A stretch of DNA of 64,000 nt from Eledone cirrhosa (GCA_964016885.1 OZ024741.1:29884001-29948000); one strand, 5' to 3'. Shown: positions 13,772-28,211, counted from the first letter of the stretch. The notes: generated by a model from the sequence alone, not told the origin. Numbers and translations are program-made.

Positions 13772-15253
13772 GATATCCGTGTTCTGTTATGTTATTGTAC
13801 AATCGACACAGTTCTATACGTATTCTTACAATTCTATGTGTCTCGAACTTATTTCATCATTAGTCACTATGTGACGGTTCAGCTGCTATACATTTCCTAC
13901 TTTCTATTATTCTATTAAGAGAGGCTTTATTTCCGCTATATGTGTGGCATCTTTGATCTGCCTTAGAATTACTTCACCAGTCCCGTTGGAATAAACTTCA
14001 CCTCGTAGTTTTCTAGTTAGCAACAATGGTCTAGTCTGGCATGTTAGTATAGCACTGCCGAGTCTTTCTTTTTCTTTAAAATTCACCTTAAACAATAAGC
14101 TGTTCCCTCTATCTATATTGCAATGGTGTTCCTACAATGTCTCCCTGTACATCTTATATTGTACTTTACATGTCTAGATATACAATTTACCCATGGGCCT
14201 ATATCGCCACTTAGGCAATTTCTTAAATGTGTGAGTACTAGTGATGAGGGATTCAATAGTTTTTTTATTCACTCATTTAGTTCTAAGTTCCAATTTATCT
14301 TCTAAATATATACACTAATTCCTCTCTGGTGTTAATATCTACAGACATCACAATCTGGGACGTTTTGTATAATAACATAAATGGCGTTCTCTATTTTATA
14401 CCATATTTTCCCTATTCTATTCCAAGAATGTTCCTATATTTAATTAGGGTTAGATTTAGAATTACACTCAGTGTTAATGTTTGGCTAGAACTATAGTTAG
14501 TGTAGAGTAGGGTCAGAGCTAGTGATAGTTTTAGGTTTATCGCTTTTAGGTTAGAGTTGTGTTTAGGTTTTCTAGATTACAGCCAGATTTCTCTCACGAG
14601 TTTGGGTTGTATATGGTTGAGGTTTATGGGGTGTAACCATATGCTAATTACATTGCTACACTACGTTTATCACAGGTAAATATATTGGTAAGAACGTAAG
14701 TACATCAGTATAGGTCATCCAGCTTCAAGGATACGTATATATGAAAATATTATTTTTTACGATCGTTCCGCTGGGCAAAATGCCGATTCCATGTGCCGAC
14801 TTCAGAAATACCTGGATTTAATTTTCAAGTATCACATGAATAAATAGATCGTATGAAAGATATATAATAGAAGCTATTAGACCTGATAAAAAAAAACTGT
14901 GTATGTGAAAACTCAAAAAATTATATAGTTACATGAAAAGAAATATAAAGGTATAAATCAGTGAAAAGATATGTAACTGTGTAGTAATTTTACATTGTAA
15001 TTAGATACCTCTAATAATATGCAACACTTGAGATAAATGAATGTTTTTACTACATTATAATTTCTGTATATAGAAAGTTTGAGAATGACGTTCTACTGTG
15101 TATTCAAAGTAAGGTTCTACTGTTTATTAGTTCTGAATTAATACACAGTAGAAATTGGCCTGAAACTCCATTGATGTTTCTCAATATATCTATAACATAC
15201 TATAATATAATATAATACTGACGTACGCACATAAGTTTCGACATAGAGAGCTA

Positions 15254-17000
15254 TTACGCCACTATTACCTTACCGCTCCTTGCGGCCACTTTGGACTTTG
15301 CCAAAACACTCACACTCATCACCGACCAGGAAAGAAACATAATTTTCCACGCCAGGAAGACAGGCCTCCTGTTCGACAACTCCAAGTGGATAAAGAAAGC
15401 TCCCGACTCCCCCTTCAACGTCAGTATAGGCGCGACCGAATCGGCCGAGGTGACTGATATTATAGGATTATTCCTACTACATAAACTCACGGAAATGTTT
15501 CCTGCATTCGGCGGTGGATTATACCGAGACGATGGGCTCAAAGGGTACAACCTTCAAAGGTACCTTCAAAGGGTACAACCCCAGGAGACAGGACCGGGTC
15601 CGTAAACAACTAATCAACTTCTTCCGGGACTGGGGATTTAAAATCACCCTACAAACGTTCCTAATCCGAGTCAATTTACTGGACGTTACCCTCAACCTCG
15701 AAAAGGATCTGTACTACCCATACAGGAAACTAAACGACAACCTTCACTACATCCACCGCCACCCTAACCATCCTAGAAACATCACCAATAACCTGGTTAA
15801 AAACTTCTCCCTCTGCATATCTCGTTTGTCCACTAATGAGCAGATATCCGATGAACATGAGCCTCATTACAACCAGGCCTTCAAGCGAAGCGGCTTTCGG
15901 GAGACAATCTCCTTCTATCCAGCTTCCCTTAGCGGAACCAGCAGGCGACGCCGCCGCTCACGCCACGTAACGTGGTTCAACCCTCCCCACAATGCCGAGT
16001 TGGCAACACCAATCAGGAAAATCTTCTTTAGGCTCCTCGAAAAACTCTTCCCACCACAATACCGCTACCAGAACATAATCAACAAAAACACTATCAAACT
16101 CTCCTACAGCACCACACCCAACTTTACACAAAACATCGCATCCTCAAACAACAAGAAACTCAACCCCTATGCAAGAAACATCATAAACATTAGTGTAGAG
16201 CCGACCAGGTGTAACTGCCCTGATAGATATACGTGCCCCCTCAACAACAGATGCCGAGAACATAACGTAATCTACCAATGCAACGTGAGGACGGAGACCT
16301 CCAAAAAAGCCTATATAGGATTAACCGCTTGCGACTTCAAGACCCTGCTCTACCTACACCGAAATACCTTCCGAAACCCGGCCCAGCGACATGCCACTAC
16401 ACTTTCGGGCCACATCTGGAACCTCCAAGATAACAACCTCACATACCACCTTACTTGGAGCTTACTGTCCAGGGCTAACTCCTACACGAGAGAACGCCGT
16501 CCGTGCACCTTATGCTCGGAGGAAACATTACAAATACTGTTTACGAAGGAACAACTCCTAAACAAAAAAGACGCACTTGTAACTTCATGTAAACACCGAT
16601 TGCGTAGGGCTTACCTCGCTCTCAAACCCCCTCATGACCCGGGGGTGTAGATAATGGCTGCACCATCCTTCTTTTCCCCACTTGCCGAACAAGATAGGGG
16701 AAACCCCAGCATACATAGGTAGATGTACTTCTTTCCCTTTGTTTTTCTTTTCTTCTTCCCTTAATCTCTTCTTATCTCTTCCTTCCACTCCCTCTCCTCC
16801 TCCTTTTCCTTTTTCCTCTTTCGCCTACCCCAAGGCAGCCGATAGGACTTTTGTAGCCTCAGTACCCCACCGCCTCCCCAGTAAACTATATATAGCATTG
16901 GCCGAAAACGCATTACCAGCTAAAAATATAGCAACCGCTTTAAACTCTATTTACTATTTAATTTTATTCTTTTTATTTATTATCTTTTAATCTCAACTTA
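15254..17000 (+). mobile_element. 5'-truncated PLE (YRDD/WFNPP type): RT C-terminal half, GIY-YIG endonuclease and 3' region
   Basis: GLYRDDGL (RT active site), VTWFNPP, CNC..CPLNNRC, NVIYQC...AYIGLT, CTLCSEE, CKHR. One frameshift near 15545 at a short tandem duplication of tcaaagggtacaacc. Confidence 0.9.
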
Positions 17001-17356
17001 TTTACAATTTCTATAACGTTCCACTCTCTGTATCCTTTTTCGCCTGCTTTCTAACTAGCCTTATTTCATACACAGTCCTTAGAATTTGGTGTATAGAATT
17101 CACTTTCAACGCTTCACCGGCTCCACAGAATCCCTCATTGTTCTACAGGCAAGTTCAGCACCCCCCCCTCCTACTGCCATGAAAAATTTAATTGTGTTTA
17201 GAAATGTTGACCAATCCTTGTGACAACGACAATCTTCCCATACAAGGAATTAGCCCTTGAAAATTCGGATATTTATTACCACTCTAAATATTCAAATTTA
17301 GTCCAGGAATAGCTGTCTAAACGGCTTGAGCTCTGCCGACGAGGTTTTAACTTTTT

Positions 17357-17429
<73 letters not shown>

Positions 17430-17479
17430 GTAGAACACTGGAAGATAATATCCGTAGTGGTAGAACACTCAGTCCATGG

Positions 17480-17631
17480 GACTAGTTTGGTAGAAGTAGT
17501 AACACAACACTTAGTTCACCATACCGAAATCAAATTGTTTCACCTTAGTGGATCTTCAGATCGTACTCGCTGAAGATCCGCTAAGGTGAAACAACTGTTC
17601 ACGGTATGGTGAACTAACTGTTGTGTTACTA

Positions 17632-17635
<4 letters not shown>
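17480..17635. mobile_element. Fold-back pLTR remnant with opposed hammerhead motifs (duplicate at ~18470-18625; related piece at 6486-6594)
   Basis: Plus strand reads CUGAAGA U CC GCUAA GG U GAAA CAA(C/U)UG UU from 17570; mirror motif at 17530-17562. Confidence 0.6.
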
Positions 17636-17700
<65 letters not shown>

Positions 17701-17852
17701 GTTTCTACTTTTGGCACAAGGCCAGCAAATACCCAGTGTATTACTGGTACTTTATTTTATCGACACCGTAAGGATGAAAAGCAAAGTTAACCTCGGCGGG
17801 ATTTGAACTTATATATATATATATATATAATATATATATATTTATATATATG

Positions 17853-17962
<110 letters not shown>

Positions 17963-18272
17963 CTTATATATATATAATTGTTTCTACTTTAGGCACAAGG
18001 CCAGCAATTACTCAGTGCATTACTGGTACTTTATTTTATCGACCCCGTAAGGATGAAAGGCAAAGTCAACCTCGGCGGGATTTATATATAATATCAGGAA
18101 ATAATACACAAAAATATACCAATTTTTTAAATTCAATGTCCCGACTGTAGTTTCTCCGATCCGTGTGCAACATTTCCTGAAATATAAAAATGCATCATCA
18201 TTGTGAGGTTGATACAGGTTATCAAGAGACCCCTAAGAAAAAAGGACTTTCTTGAAGCTTTCGTAACAAGAA

Positions 18273-18418
<146 letters not shown>

Positions 18419-18620
18419 GTAGAACACTGGAAGATAATATCCGTAGTGGTAGAACACTCAGTCCATGGGACTAGTTTGGTAGAAGTAGTAACACAACACT
18501 TAGTTCACCATACCGAAATCAAATTGTTTCACCTTAGTGGATCTTCAGATCGTACTCGCTGAAGATCCGCTAAGGTGAAACAATTGTTCACGGTATGGTG
18601 AACTAACTGTTGTGTTACTA

Positions 18621-18674
<54 letters not shown>

Positions 18675-18829
18675 TAATTGTTTCTACTTTTGGCACAAGG
18701 CCAGCAAATAACCAGTGTATTACTGGTACTTTATTTTATCGACACCGTAAGGATGAAAAGCAAAGTTAACCTCGGCGGGATTTGAACTTATATATATATA
18801 TATATAATATATATATATTTATATATATG

Positions 18830-18881
<52 letters not shown>

Positions 18882-18901
18882 TATAAGTCTCTAGCTGTGT
18901 C

Positions 18902-18990
18902 ATTCTCGATAAAAGCACTGGATATGTAGTCCTGATGATTTCTAACGAGAATGAAACGCGTAGATTACTTCCCTTGCTTTTATCGAGAAT
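18902..18990 (+). ncRNA. Type I hammerhead ribozyme with canonical core and extended stem I
   Basis: GUAGUC CUGAUGA U UUCU AACG AGAA U GAAA CGCG UA GAUUAC at 18926-18968, plus a perfect 16-bp outer helix 18902-18917/18975-18990. Confidence 0.85.
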
Positions 18991-19088
18991 CTAATTGTAA
19001 TACGTGACGTATTCTATTCTATAGCGATTAGGTCTTCAAAATGTTTATTATAAACATACAGAATATTTTCGAATATTCTATGTCTATA

Positions 19089-19131
<43 letters not shown>

Positions 19132-19441
19132 CTTATATATATATAATTGTTTCTACTTTAGGCACAAGGCCAGCAATTACTCAGTGCATTACTGGTACTT
19201 TATTTTATCGACCCCGTAAGGATGAAAGGCAAAGTCAACCTCGGCGGGATTTATATATAATATCAGTAAATAATACACAAAAATATACCAATTTTTTAAA
19301 TTCAATGTCCCGACTGTAGTTTCTCCGATCCGTGTGCAACATTTCCTGAAATATAAAAATGCATCATCATTGTGAGGTTGATACAGGTTATCAAGAGACC
19401 CCTAAGAAAAAAGGACTTTCTTGAAGCTTTCGTAACAAGAA

Positions 19442-19608
<167 letters not shown>

Positions 19609-19609
19609 A

Positions 19610-20207
19610 GATTTAATATAGAAATGGCTTCTATAGGACTAGAACTGTTTCATGCGAAGGAAATCATTAGGAAATCCCTCTTAAGAAAACTCAACAAATG
19701 GATCAAGTTGGCTGTTGGTAGGTGTTGCCTTATTAGTCTTGAAACCGAACTCCTCATGATTGGTAGATGCTACATGAGGATTGGTCGAAGAAGGCTCTCC
19801 ATGTAATGCGCTTGATGAAATCATCTGTACGTCTGATAAGATTTTTAAAGTAATGTTTCCTTTGGTGGAATATAGATGTGCTTCACAAAGATGTCGATGT
19901 TGATTTTCGTCAGTATGGTTTCTTGGTGATAGTTAAGAGAAGCACGGATAGGTGCTAAAAGATCTGCGAGTCCCAGAGGTAATTACCTTACGTAAGGTAC
20001 GCAATATATAGTAGAGTGTATACAGGATTTAATATCGAAATGTCTTCTACAGGACTAGAATTGCTTCATCCGAAGGAAAGCATCATTCTTTTCTGATGAT
20101 TTCCTTCGAATGAAACAGATCTAGTCCTGTAGAAGTCATTTCTATATTACATTTTGTATATACTCTACTATATACTGTGATTACCTCCGATTGAACCCGG
20201 GACTCAT
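19610..20207. mobile_element. PLE remnant: N-terminal ORF fragment (minus, ~19680-19930) and inverted pLTR pieces with hammerhead motifs
   Basis: Minus strand reads YFKNLIRRTDDFIKRITWRAFF...EEFGFKTNKATP...LDPFVE, a PLE N-terminus-like sequence. Plus-strand HHR at 20089-20135: CUGAUGA U UUC CUUC GAA U GAAA CAG..CUG UA GAAG. Confidence 0.65.
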
Positions 20208-20768
20208 ACACACACACACATATATATATACACATACATATATATACAATGATATTAAATAAATGGAAACTATATTTATAAAACCATATTTACTTTATTA
20301 TATATATTTCTAGGGTACTAAGACGACATTGTTACGCTTTCATCAGATAAAATACAAAGTTTGTTTCATAAATAGAGACATACCCCTGAAAATTATACCT
20401 CATCGATTGGAAATTCACTGGATATTGGAAATATATTAGGGATTATTCAAACTTATGTGTGAATATGCAAATGAATATGTAAATAATTGAAAAACAACCG
20501 TTTATTTAAACGACACTGAGAAAGAGAGAGAGAGAAGATAGAGAAAAGATATCAGGGGAGAAAGATCAAAATAGTACGAGAGAGAGAGAGAATAAATAAA
20601 TAAAAGAAGGTGAATAAAACTCAGATAGCGTTAATTTGGGGGAATATATATTCTAAGTATATATCTTAATAGTACGTGTATTTACGATTATTAGTTGTTT
20701 AAAATTCGTTTATAATATAATAAATTCTGTTTTAAGTAGATAAATAAATAAATAAATAGATAAATATA

Positions 20769-20803
<35 letters not shown>

Positions 20804-21324
20804 ATAGATGGGTATATCATGTTATAAATAATTGTTTTAATGAGTTATGAGGGATTTGTATTAAATGTAAGTAAATATTAAGTTAAATTAAATTAACTGA
20901 GTTAATAAGAATATTTATATTTATATATTTTAAAATGGAAAGATACAGAAAAATTCCAGTTTAATTTATTTATTCGTTAGTATGAGACTATTTAGTCAAA
21001 AAGTATAAATGTTGAAAGATATATTTAGCCAGACTCAGTTAGTGGTTAGAAATCTAATAAAAATATTGAAAAAATATAAAAAATTTGAGAACATTTAAAA
21101 AAAATAATAATTTATAAGAGATAAGTAATTTTTAAAACAAATAAAAATTAAAGAAATAAAAAGAAAGAATTAAAAATTATTAAGATTAAAAATTAGAATT
21201 AAAATTAAAATTTTAAAACAATTTAGAATTATATACGTATATATTTTATGAAACTTTAAGAAGTGGAATTATAGCAAATGTTATAGATATTTAGCAGCAT
21301 AGTATATAAATGTTATTGAGACAC

Positions 21325-21636
21325 GAGTCAAATCCCACCGAGATTGACTTTGCCTTTCATCCTTACGGGGTCGATAAAATAAAGTACCAGTAATGCACTG
21401 GCTAATTGCTGGCCTTGTGCCTAAAGTAGAAACAGTTATTGAGACACGAGTAACATAATAATGATGACAACAGCAGAAATTAGAGATGAAATGTATGTTT
21501 ATTTTTGTTGTAGCACAAATAATTGTTTCTACTTTAGGCACAAGGCCAGCAATTACCCAGTTCATTACTGGTATTTTATTTTATCGACCCCGTAAGGATG
21601 AAGGGCAAAGTCAACCTCGGTGGGATTTGAACTCAG
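21325..21636. mobile_element. Two opposed Nin-domain SINE 3' fragments
   Basis: Core at 21325-21435 (plus) and 21520-21636 (minus). Confidence 0.8.
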
Positions 21637-21989
21637 CGAGGTTGTAGCACAAATAATGTTTGTTAACTTGTATGGTTGAAGTTACACATAAAATGAGGTT
21701 ACAAAAGGGAATGTGCCATTGTGCCAGGCCCAAAGTGCAAATTCTCACCGTCATATGTTGTACGTGTTGCTGGTTCGAAGTTCAGTGTGCGAGAGAGAGA
21801 TTCTTCAAATCCTCGCGGGGGATTTCTCCCTCAGGGCGCGTAGGTATACATCCTCTTCTACTGGCGTTGATTGGCTGAGCTGATCCAAATCACGCACAGA
21901 GAAGGTATGTGAGCCTGCGGAATGTAGGTCACTAGAGATATTATGATTTAGAGATATCAATATATTAAAACCAAGTGGATGAGATTGTT

Positions 21990-24146
21990 ATGGAAATAAG
22001 TAGAAATATTATAAGTATAATTATAATTTATATATACTTCAGGCGATGTCTACAAGAATTAAATAAATTCCTTCTTAGAATAATAGAGTTCTTACGTGTA
22101 AGTATGAAAAAAATTTCCTCAACAAACAATTTGCAGAATCTAGATAAAGCTGTGTTTCGGGATTTAAGGGATTTAGTGGAGGTAAGGAAGGAGAAGAGGT
22201 TTTGGATGAAGTGAGCGAGGAGGGGTGGCACGCGGAGTTAAGGCGGAGGATGGTGGGGGTCAGTTTGTAGTCAAGGTTGCGGATGGTGGAGCTGGAGGAG
22301 CGGAGGGAGTTGCGCATTAGGAGGCGCGAGGATCGAGTGAGGATACGTTGGGTGGAGGGGGAAGCGGAGGGGGAGGTGTGGAAGTGTAATCGGAAGCCGA
22401 GTTGCGATGAAGTGGAGGTGGAAGCAGCGGCTGAGGAAATGGATGTGGCTGGAATGCCGGGTATTGGCGAAGAGAAGGTAGGAGAGTTGGAGGGCCGAGG
22501 GGAGATAGCAGGGTGGGAGGAGGAGGGTGAGGAAAACTTTGAGGCGGGTGTGGATTTGGTGGAGAAAAGATCTCAGGCTCGGCATGGTGGGCGTGGAGTT
22601 AAAGCAGGGGAGGAAGAAGAAGGGAGGTGTGTGATGCGGGGGTGGGGTGGAACGAGAGGGTGAGTGCGAAAGAGTTGACAGAGACGGGGGAGGGAAAATC
22701 AAACAAAAATAACGTAAGGAGGGGAAAGTATACACTGGAAAATCATAGACAAAAAAACATAATCAGAAAGAAACAGGAAATCATGGACAAAAAAAAAATC
22801 ATAGACAAAAAACCGTAGGCAGAAATAAACAAATTCAGTAAATTAATCAATAAATAATGCAAAGAAAGGAAAAAATAACAAGGAGAGAAAAGGTGGTGGG
22901 AAGGTTTGGGGAAAGTTCAGAGAGAGGTCACGGCGGATTAAATCGGGGTTGACCCGGTAGTCAAGGTGGTATTCCAAGGTGGTGTGGAAGCCGTCTGAGC
23001 GTGTATTGTATAGTGAAAACTGGGACGGGAACAAAAACAGAGAGGCAGTACAAACAAAGGTTTATTAGTTTCACGCTCTTGAGAGTGGGGGGGGGGGACG
23101 CACACACACACCAATACACTACACTCCCTCCACCGTCCCCCACACCTTTTTTGTGCTGCCCCTTCTCCCCGCTCCACCCACACCCCTTCACTCACACACA
23201 CAAATGTCACTAACACCTCTACTAATACTCACCCCATTCCCCCCACATGACCTCCTCCTCACTCCACCTTTCACACCTACCTATCCTCTACCCTGTCCAC
23301 CGCACCTCCGCACACACAGACACACAGTCCTCACCACACACAAACCATTTCTCCACCTGTCATCCACCTCTACTGCTATGCCTTCATCCTGCCTTGACCC
23401 CCTGAGTACTTCCTGTTGCGCGTGCACCCTACATCTCCCCACTTCCGACCACCACAACCAACGGATTACTAACCACAGGTCATCGTTCCAGCTATCCACT
23501 CCATAACATTAAAAGTATCCAGCAACTCATCGCACACGCCTTGGAACTACCTTAGGAACTTACCCACGGACATACACTCACAATTCTTTTTCGAACCACG
23601 TCACTTACATCCACACCACGTATAAACACCAACACACATGTGTGTACCCCCATATATACACACTCAGCCTCCGGAATCCTCCCCCCACCCCTCCCCATCC
23701 ACGCGCACGCACACACCGACCTACACACCACCCTACATACACACCTTTTCCTGAACATGGAACCTCGTTCTTCCCCCAACTCTCACATTCACATACACAA
23801 ACACACACACGTACACCTACACACATACACAAACACCACCTTCAGCCCTACTCGCTCAGACACCCCGCCTCCCTCTCCCTACTCCACCCGCCACCACCCC
23901 TACACGCCCCACACCCTTCCACCACTTGTTTATCTTTATGTTTATTTTTATTTTTATTTGTACCACTTCCACCGTTTATCCTCCCTTTTCTCAACCCCAC
24001 TTTTTTCTAAATGTCTCTCCACCACTCCTCCACACACCCTGAAGAAGGGATTATGCCCTAAATGTCGTCGTCCACCACACTCTCAAGAGCGTGAAACTAA
24101 TAAACCTTTGTTTGTACTGCCTCTGTTTTTGTTCCCGTTCCAGTTT

Positions 24147-24152
<6 letters not shown>
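21990..24152. mobile_element. Degenerate PLE: N-terminal ORF fragment (minus) and inverted pLTR with a decayed hammerhead
   Basis: HSSHIHFLSRCFHLHFI resembles the PLE N-terminal H..FL..C motif. 23010-23090 is the reverse complement of 24075-24152. CUGAAGA AGGG..CCCU AAA at 24039. Ends in (TA)n. Confidence 0.5.
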
Positions 24153-24210
<58 letters not shown>

Positions 24211-24216
<6 letters not shown>

Positions 24217-24590
24217 TAAACGGAAAAGAAAATGCTGACAAATTGTTCACAGTGAAAAATAGTATAATTAGGAATAAGTGAGAATTAGTAATGGTATTGG
24301 TTAGTATTCAGTTTTGGTTTTAAGTTTTACCGGTTGCGCATTTCTAATGCTTTTCAAAAATAATTTTGACATAAATCGTCCGTGATATTTGCTCTAATAT
24401 GATTAGAGCAAATATCACGGACGCTCTATCACAAAATTATTTTTGAAAAGCATTAGAAATGCGCAACCGGTAAAACTTAAAACCAAAAGTGAATACTAAC
24501 CAATACTATTACTAATTCTCACTTATTCCTAATTAAACTATTTTTCACTGTCAACAATTTGTCAGCATTTCCTTTTCCGTTTACCAATAT
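24211..24590. repeat. ~380-bp palindrome of pLTR type carrying two U3:A8 hammerhead-like motifs
   Basis: Arms mirror around ~24400. Plus strand reads UUGAAAA GCAUU AGA AAUGC GCAA CCGG UA at 24443-24472. Confidence 0.8.
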
Positions 24591-24622
24591 ATCATAACTT
24601 GTGTGTTTCACCTCTATTCTTT

Positions 24623-24721
<99 letters not shown>

Positions 24722-24744
24722 ATACATATATATATATATATATA

Positions 24745-25980
24745 CATGGTGGCTGCCAACTCGTTTTCGAGTACGGTCACTACTTTATATCCATGTAGGA
24801 GAACCCCTACCGCTGCGCTGAACGAGTGTGACTTTTTAGTCCAGCCAGCGACGTGAAAACTCTGGTACAAACACTACACTTGTGACAATTATTGACACAT
24901 AGTGCTGGGCCCATTGTACCCTGTGATGACAAGTGCAGAGAGATCTCCAGATATAAAGCAATGCCTGTGCCGTGAAGATTTTATAGTGAGCAAAGGCACT
25001 GCACAAAGCCAGTCCCGCTCTCTTGACCAAGATGATATTTACCAAAAAGAAGCACAAATCAACATCATTGGATACCATCAGGGTTGCAGATGTTATATCA
25101 GAGTTTTCCTTCTCCTAGAATTCTGCCTTCACAAAGGCTAAGGGGTCCTCTCTCCCGGTGATTTTGGATGGCCATTGACTCTTAAGACGTTCTATGCCCT
25201 TTGACAGGTTTTGTTTTTAGTCCTCCAGGATGTCCAAAGTCACCCTCCTCACCAAGAAACGTTGGTGGGGTTGCCAGTTTAGTCGCCAACGACCCGACTA
25301 TGGGACAGGTTGTACTGGGATACATGTTACCAGTTTCACCAATTGGTGACCTGACATACATATACATAATACATGGTGGCTGCCAACTCGTTTTCGAGTA
25401 CGGCCACTACTTTATATCCATGTAGAACTCCTACCGATGCGCTGAACGAGTGTGACTTTTTAGTCCAGACAGCGACTTGAAAACTCTGGTACAAACACTA
25501 CACTTGTGACAAATATTGACACATAGTGCTGGGCCCATGATACCATGTGATGAGAAGTGCAGAGAGATCTCCAGATATAAAAAATGCCTGTGCCGTGAAG
25601 CTTTTATAGTGAGCAAAGGCACTGCACAAAGCCAGTCCCACTCTCTTAACCAAGATGATATTTACCAAAAAGAAGAACAAGTCAACATCATTGGATACCA
25701 TCAGAGTTGCAGGTGTTATATCAGAGTTTTCCTTCTCCTAGAATTCTGCCTTGACAAAGGCTAAGGGGTCATCTCTCCCGGTGATTTTGGATGGCCATTG
25801 ACTCTTAAGAGCTCCTTTGCCCTTTGACAGGTTTTGTTTTTAGTCCTGCAGGATGTCCAAAGTCACCCTCCTCACCAAGAAACCTTGGTGGGGTTGCCAG
25901 TTTAGTCGCCAACGACCCGACCATGAGACAGGTTGTACTGGGATACATGTTACCAGTAGCACCAACTGGTGACCTGACAT
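24745..25980 (-). mobile_element. Two tandem copies (~620 bp) of a non-autonomous RTE-derived element
   Basis: Units 24745-25370 and 25372-25980. The 5' part has an RTE-UTR-like GGAGAAGGAAAACTCTGA motif; the 3' part encodes a C2H2-like end, CSVCTRVFKSLSGLKSHTRS. (CATA)n boundaries. Confidence 0.65.
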
Positions 25981-26046
25981 AACACATACATACATACGTA
26001 CATACATACATTACATGCATACATACATATGTATAGTATTTACATA

Positions 26047-26882
26047 TCAGGTTGTTCAGAAATGAATGCAGGTTCTATGTTTTATGTGTTTCGATAACGT
26101 TAGTAAAATTATGTATTTTGTACTTAGGCTTATTTTATTATCTCTTATTCTATGTAAATCGTTTTAAATATAAATCGAATTTTTTTTCAATTTTAATCTC
26201 TAAAGTTTAGATGTCAAAATAGGATATTCGCCAAATTTGTTTCTATGATTTGAATTTCGGCTGCACTGCAGCAAGAACGTCTAGAAACATTAATGAAATG
26301 CTGGGTCAAAGAGTCACCTTAGATTCAGACATTCAATCATAGACAGTTTAATTTTGATGATAGGGAACGTCACGGATGCTTTTGTACATTGACGACAATG
26401 AAATCAAAGCTTTCGTGGAAGCCCCGCATAAATGTTTAAGAGATTGCAGAAGAGGTAGACGTAGGCATTGGAACAATATGAATATTTGAACGGTATTGGT
26501 ATGGCAAAGAAACTTAAAAAATAGGTGCCACTTAAACTGAACAAAAACCAGAAAAATAGCCGTTATGAAGTCAGCTATTTGTTTCTTTTGCGCAACAAAA
26601 ACAATCTGTTTCTTGATCGTATTTTGATATGCGATGAAAAGCGGAGTCTATACAACAACCAACGACATTCAACACAGTTGTTCAATCAAAATGAAGCTTC
26701 TAAATATTTCCTAGAGACGAATTATTCTTTTGTTTACGAAATAAATAAACTAATGACTTGCTGGTAAACAAGTGTGGACACTAATGGTTTATCTTTTTAT
26801 CAAAGTGTCTTCTGGACTCCAATATATCTTTTTAAAACTATAATGCTTAAAAACCGTAATAAATTTCTGCTCAGCATGGTAG
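26047..26882 (+). mobile_element. Decayed, internally deleted mariner transposon
   Basis: (W)VPLKL and FLDRILICDEKRSLYNN match the mariner WVPHEL and RIVTCDEKW motifs; HTH-like TAARTSRNINEMLG; termini resemble TIRs. Confidence 0.75.
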
Positions 26883-28123
26883 ATTAAGTGTACTTAGTGT
26901 ATAATGTGAAAATGAATTTGACTACGAACGTGAAATGCATGAACTTCATTGCCTGATTCTATGAAAGACGGTGAAATAAATACAATAATAATTGTTAATT
27001 CTGTTAGGAAGCTACAGGTGCAGGATTTCCAAGTCTATTGTTTAAAAGTATTTAACTAACATAACATATTACAGTTGAAATAGTGAAACTTACGTTATTG
27101 ACGTATGTTGAAGAAAAAGTTATTTGGGTATTATATTTTAATGAAATTATTGATGTTCAGATGAGACATTATTTTTTTGCAGAGCAAAATATTAATTGGT
27201 CAACATAAAAGTTGCAGAAAAATTACTTTAGTTTTTATCTTAAACAACATATAAATGTCTATAGCTAGATCTGGATATCAAATTCTATAGGAAAGGATTT
27301 TCATATTGAGAAGTGGGTGTCGAACATATATTGCTTCAAACATTTACAAACCCGGCCACATAAGATGCTAGAGTACGGGGTATGAGACAAGGTACGTAGA
27401 AAGAGTGCAGATGCTTTAAACCTTGCTCATGCTTTCCTTACCTACTGCCGATGGCTCAAAAGTTTCAATAACATTATAGTAACTAGTTCCCCACTTATTT
27501 CGATACATTATGACCTTCGGTACACCGGTGCCATATCCTTCTTACAATCCCATTACCATTCTAAAATCGACTCTACATTATTACTTCAGATATTTGATTG
27601 ACACCCATTTTGTATTCTGATCATCGTAACTACGAGGAAAGTCTCGACGCCTCGTATTTTGCACTTCTTGAAAATTTGAGATCTTTTGACCAAGCGTTTA
27701 AACCCAAATTGTACAAAAGCATCCTTTATGGAACATATCTATCTCTCTATCTTTCATATATTCTCCCTCTCAACCGCTAACCATTTCAAACATAGACCAT
27801 ATATTGTGCACAATCCTGCATACATCCAAGAATCTGTTTAAAATGAAATGTTAGTCAATTCCCTAACAGTGTTGAGTAAAGACCCCTGCATGAGACTAAT
27901 GGATTTTTACAAACACCTGAAGTAAACTCTGTTCGTGATATTTACGCATTCAAAAGTGATGTTCGGAGACGACAATATACAGTACAAGTTTGATAATGGA
28001 GAATACGTGCTTTTGGCAATAATGTCAATGAAACTGGTAGTTTTTAGTGTACCATGTATATCATATACTAAATATATATAAATAACACACACACACACAT
28101 ACACACACATACGCACACACACA

Positions 28124-28211
<88 letters not shown>

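Noticed and set aside
14440-14640. TTAGGG-like words suggesting telomeric repeat
   Set aside because: Highly degenerate and short; not a true (TTAGGG)n array.
16895-16940. Possible hammerhead in the 3' region of the 15254-17000 PLE (CCGAAAA...UAAAA)
   Set aside because: Several core mismatches and no convincing stems.
20400-21280. AT-rich stretch possibly encoding a PLE C-terminus on the minus strand
   Set aside because: Too degenerate to support any motif.
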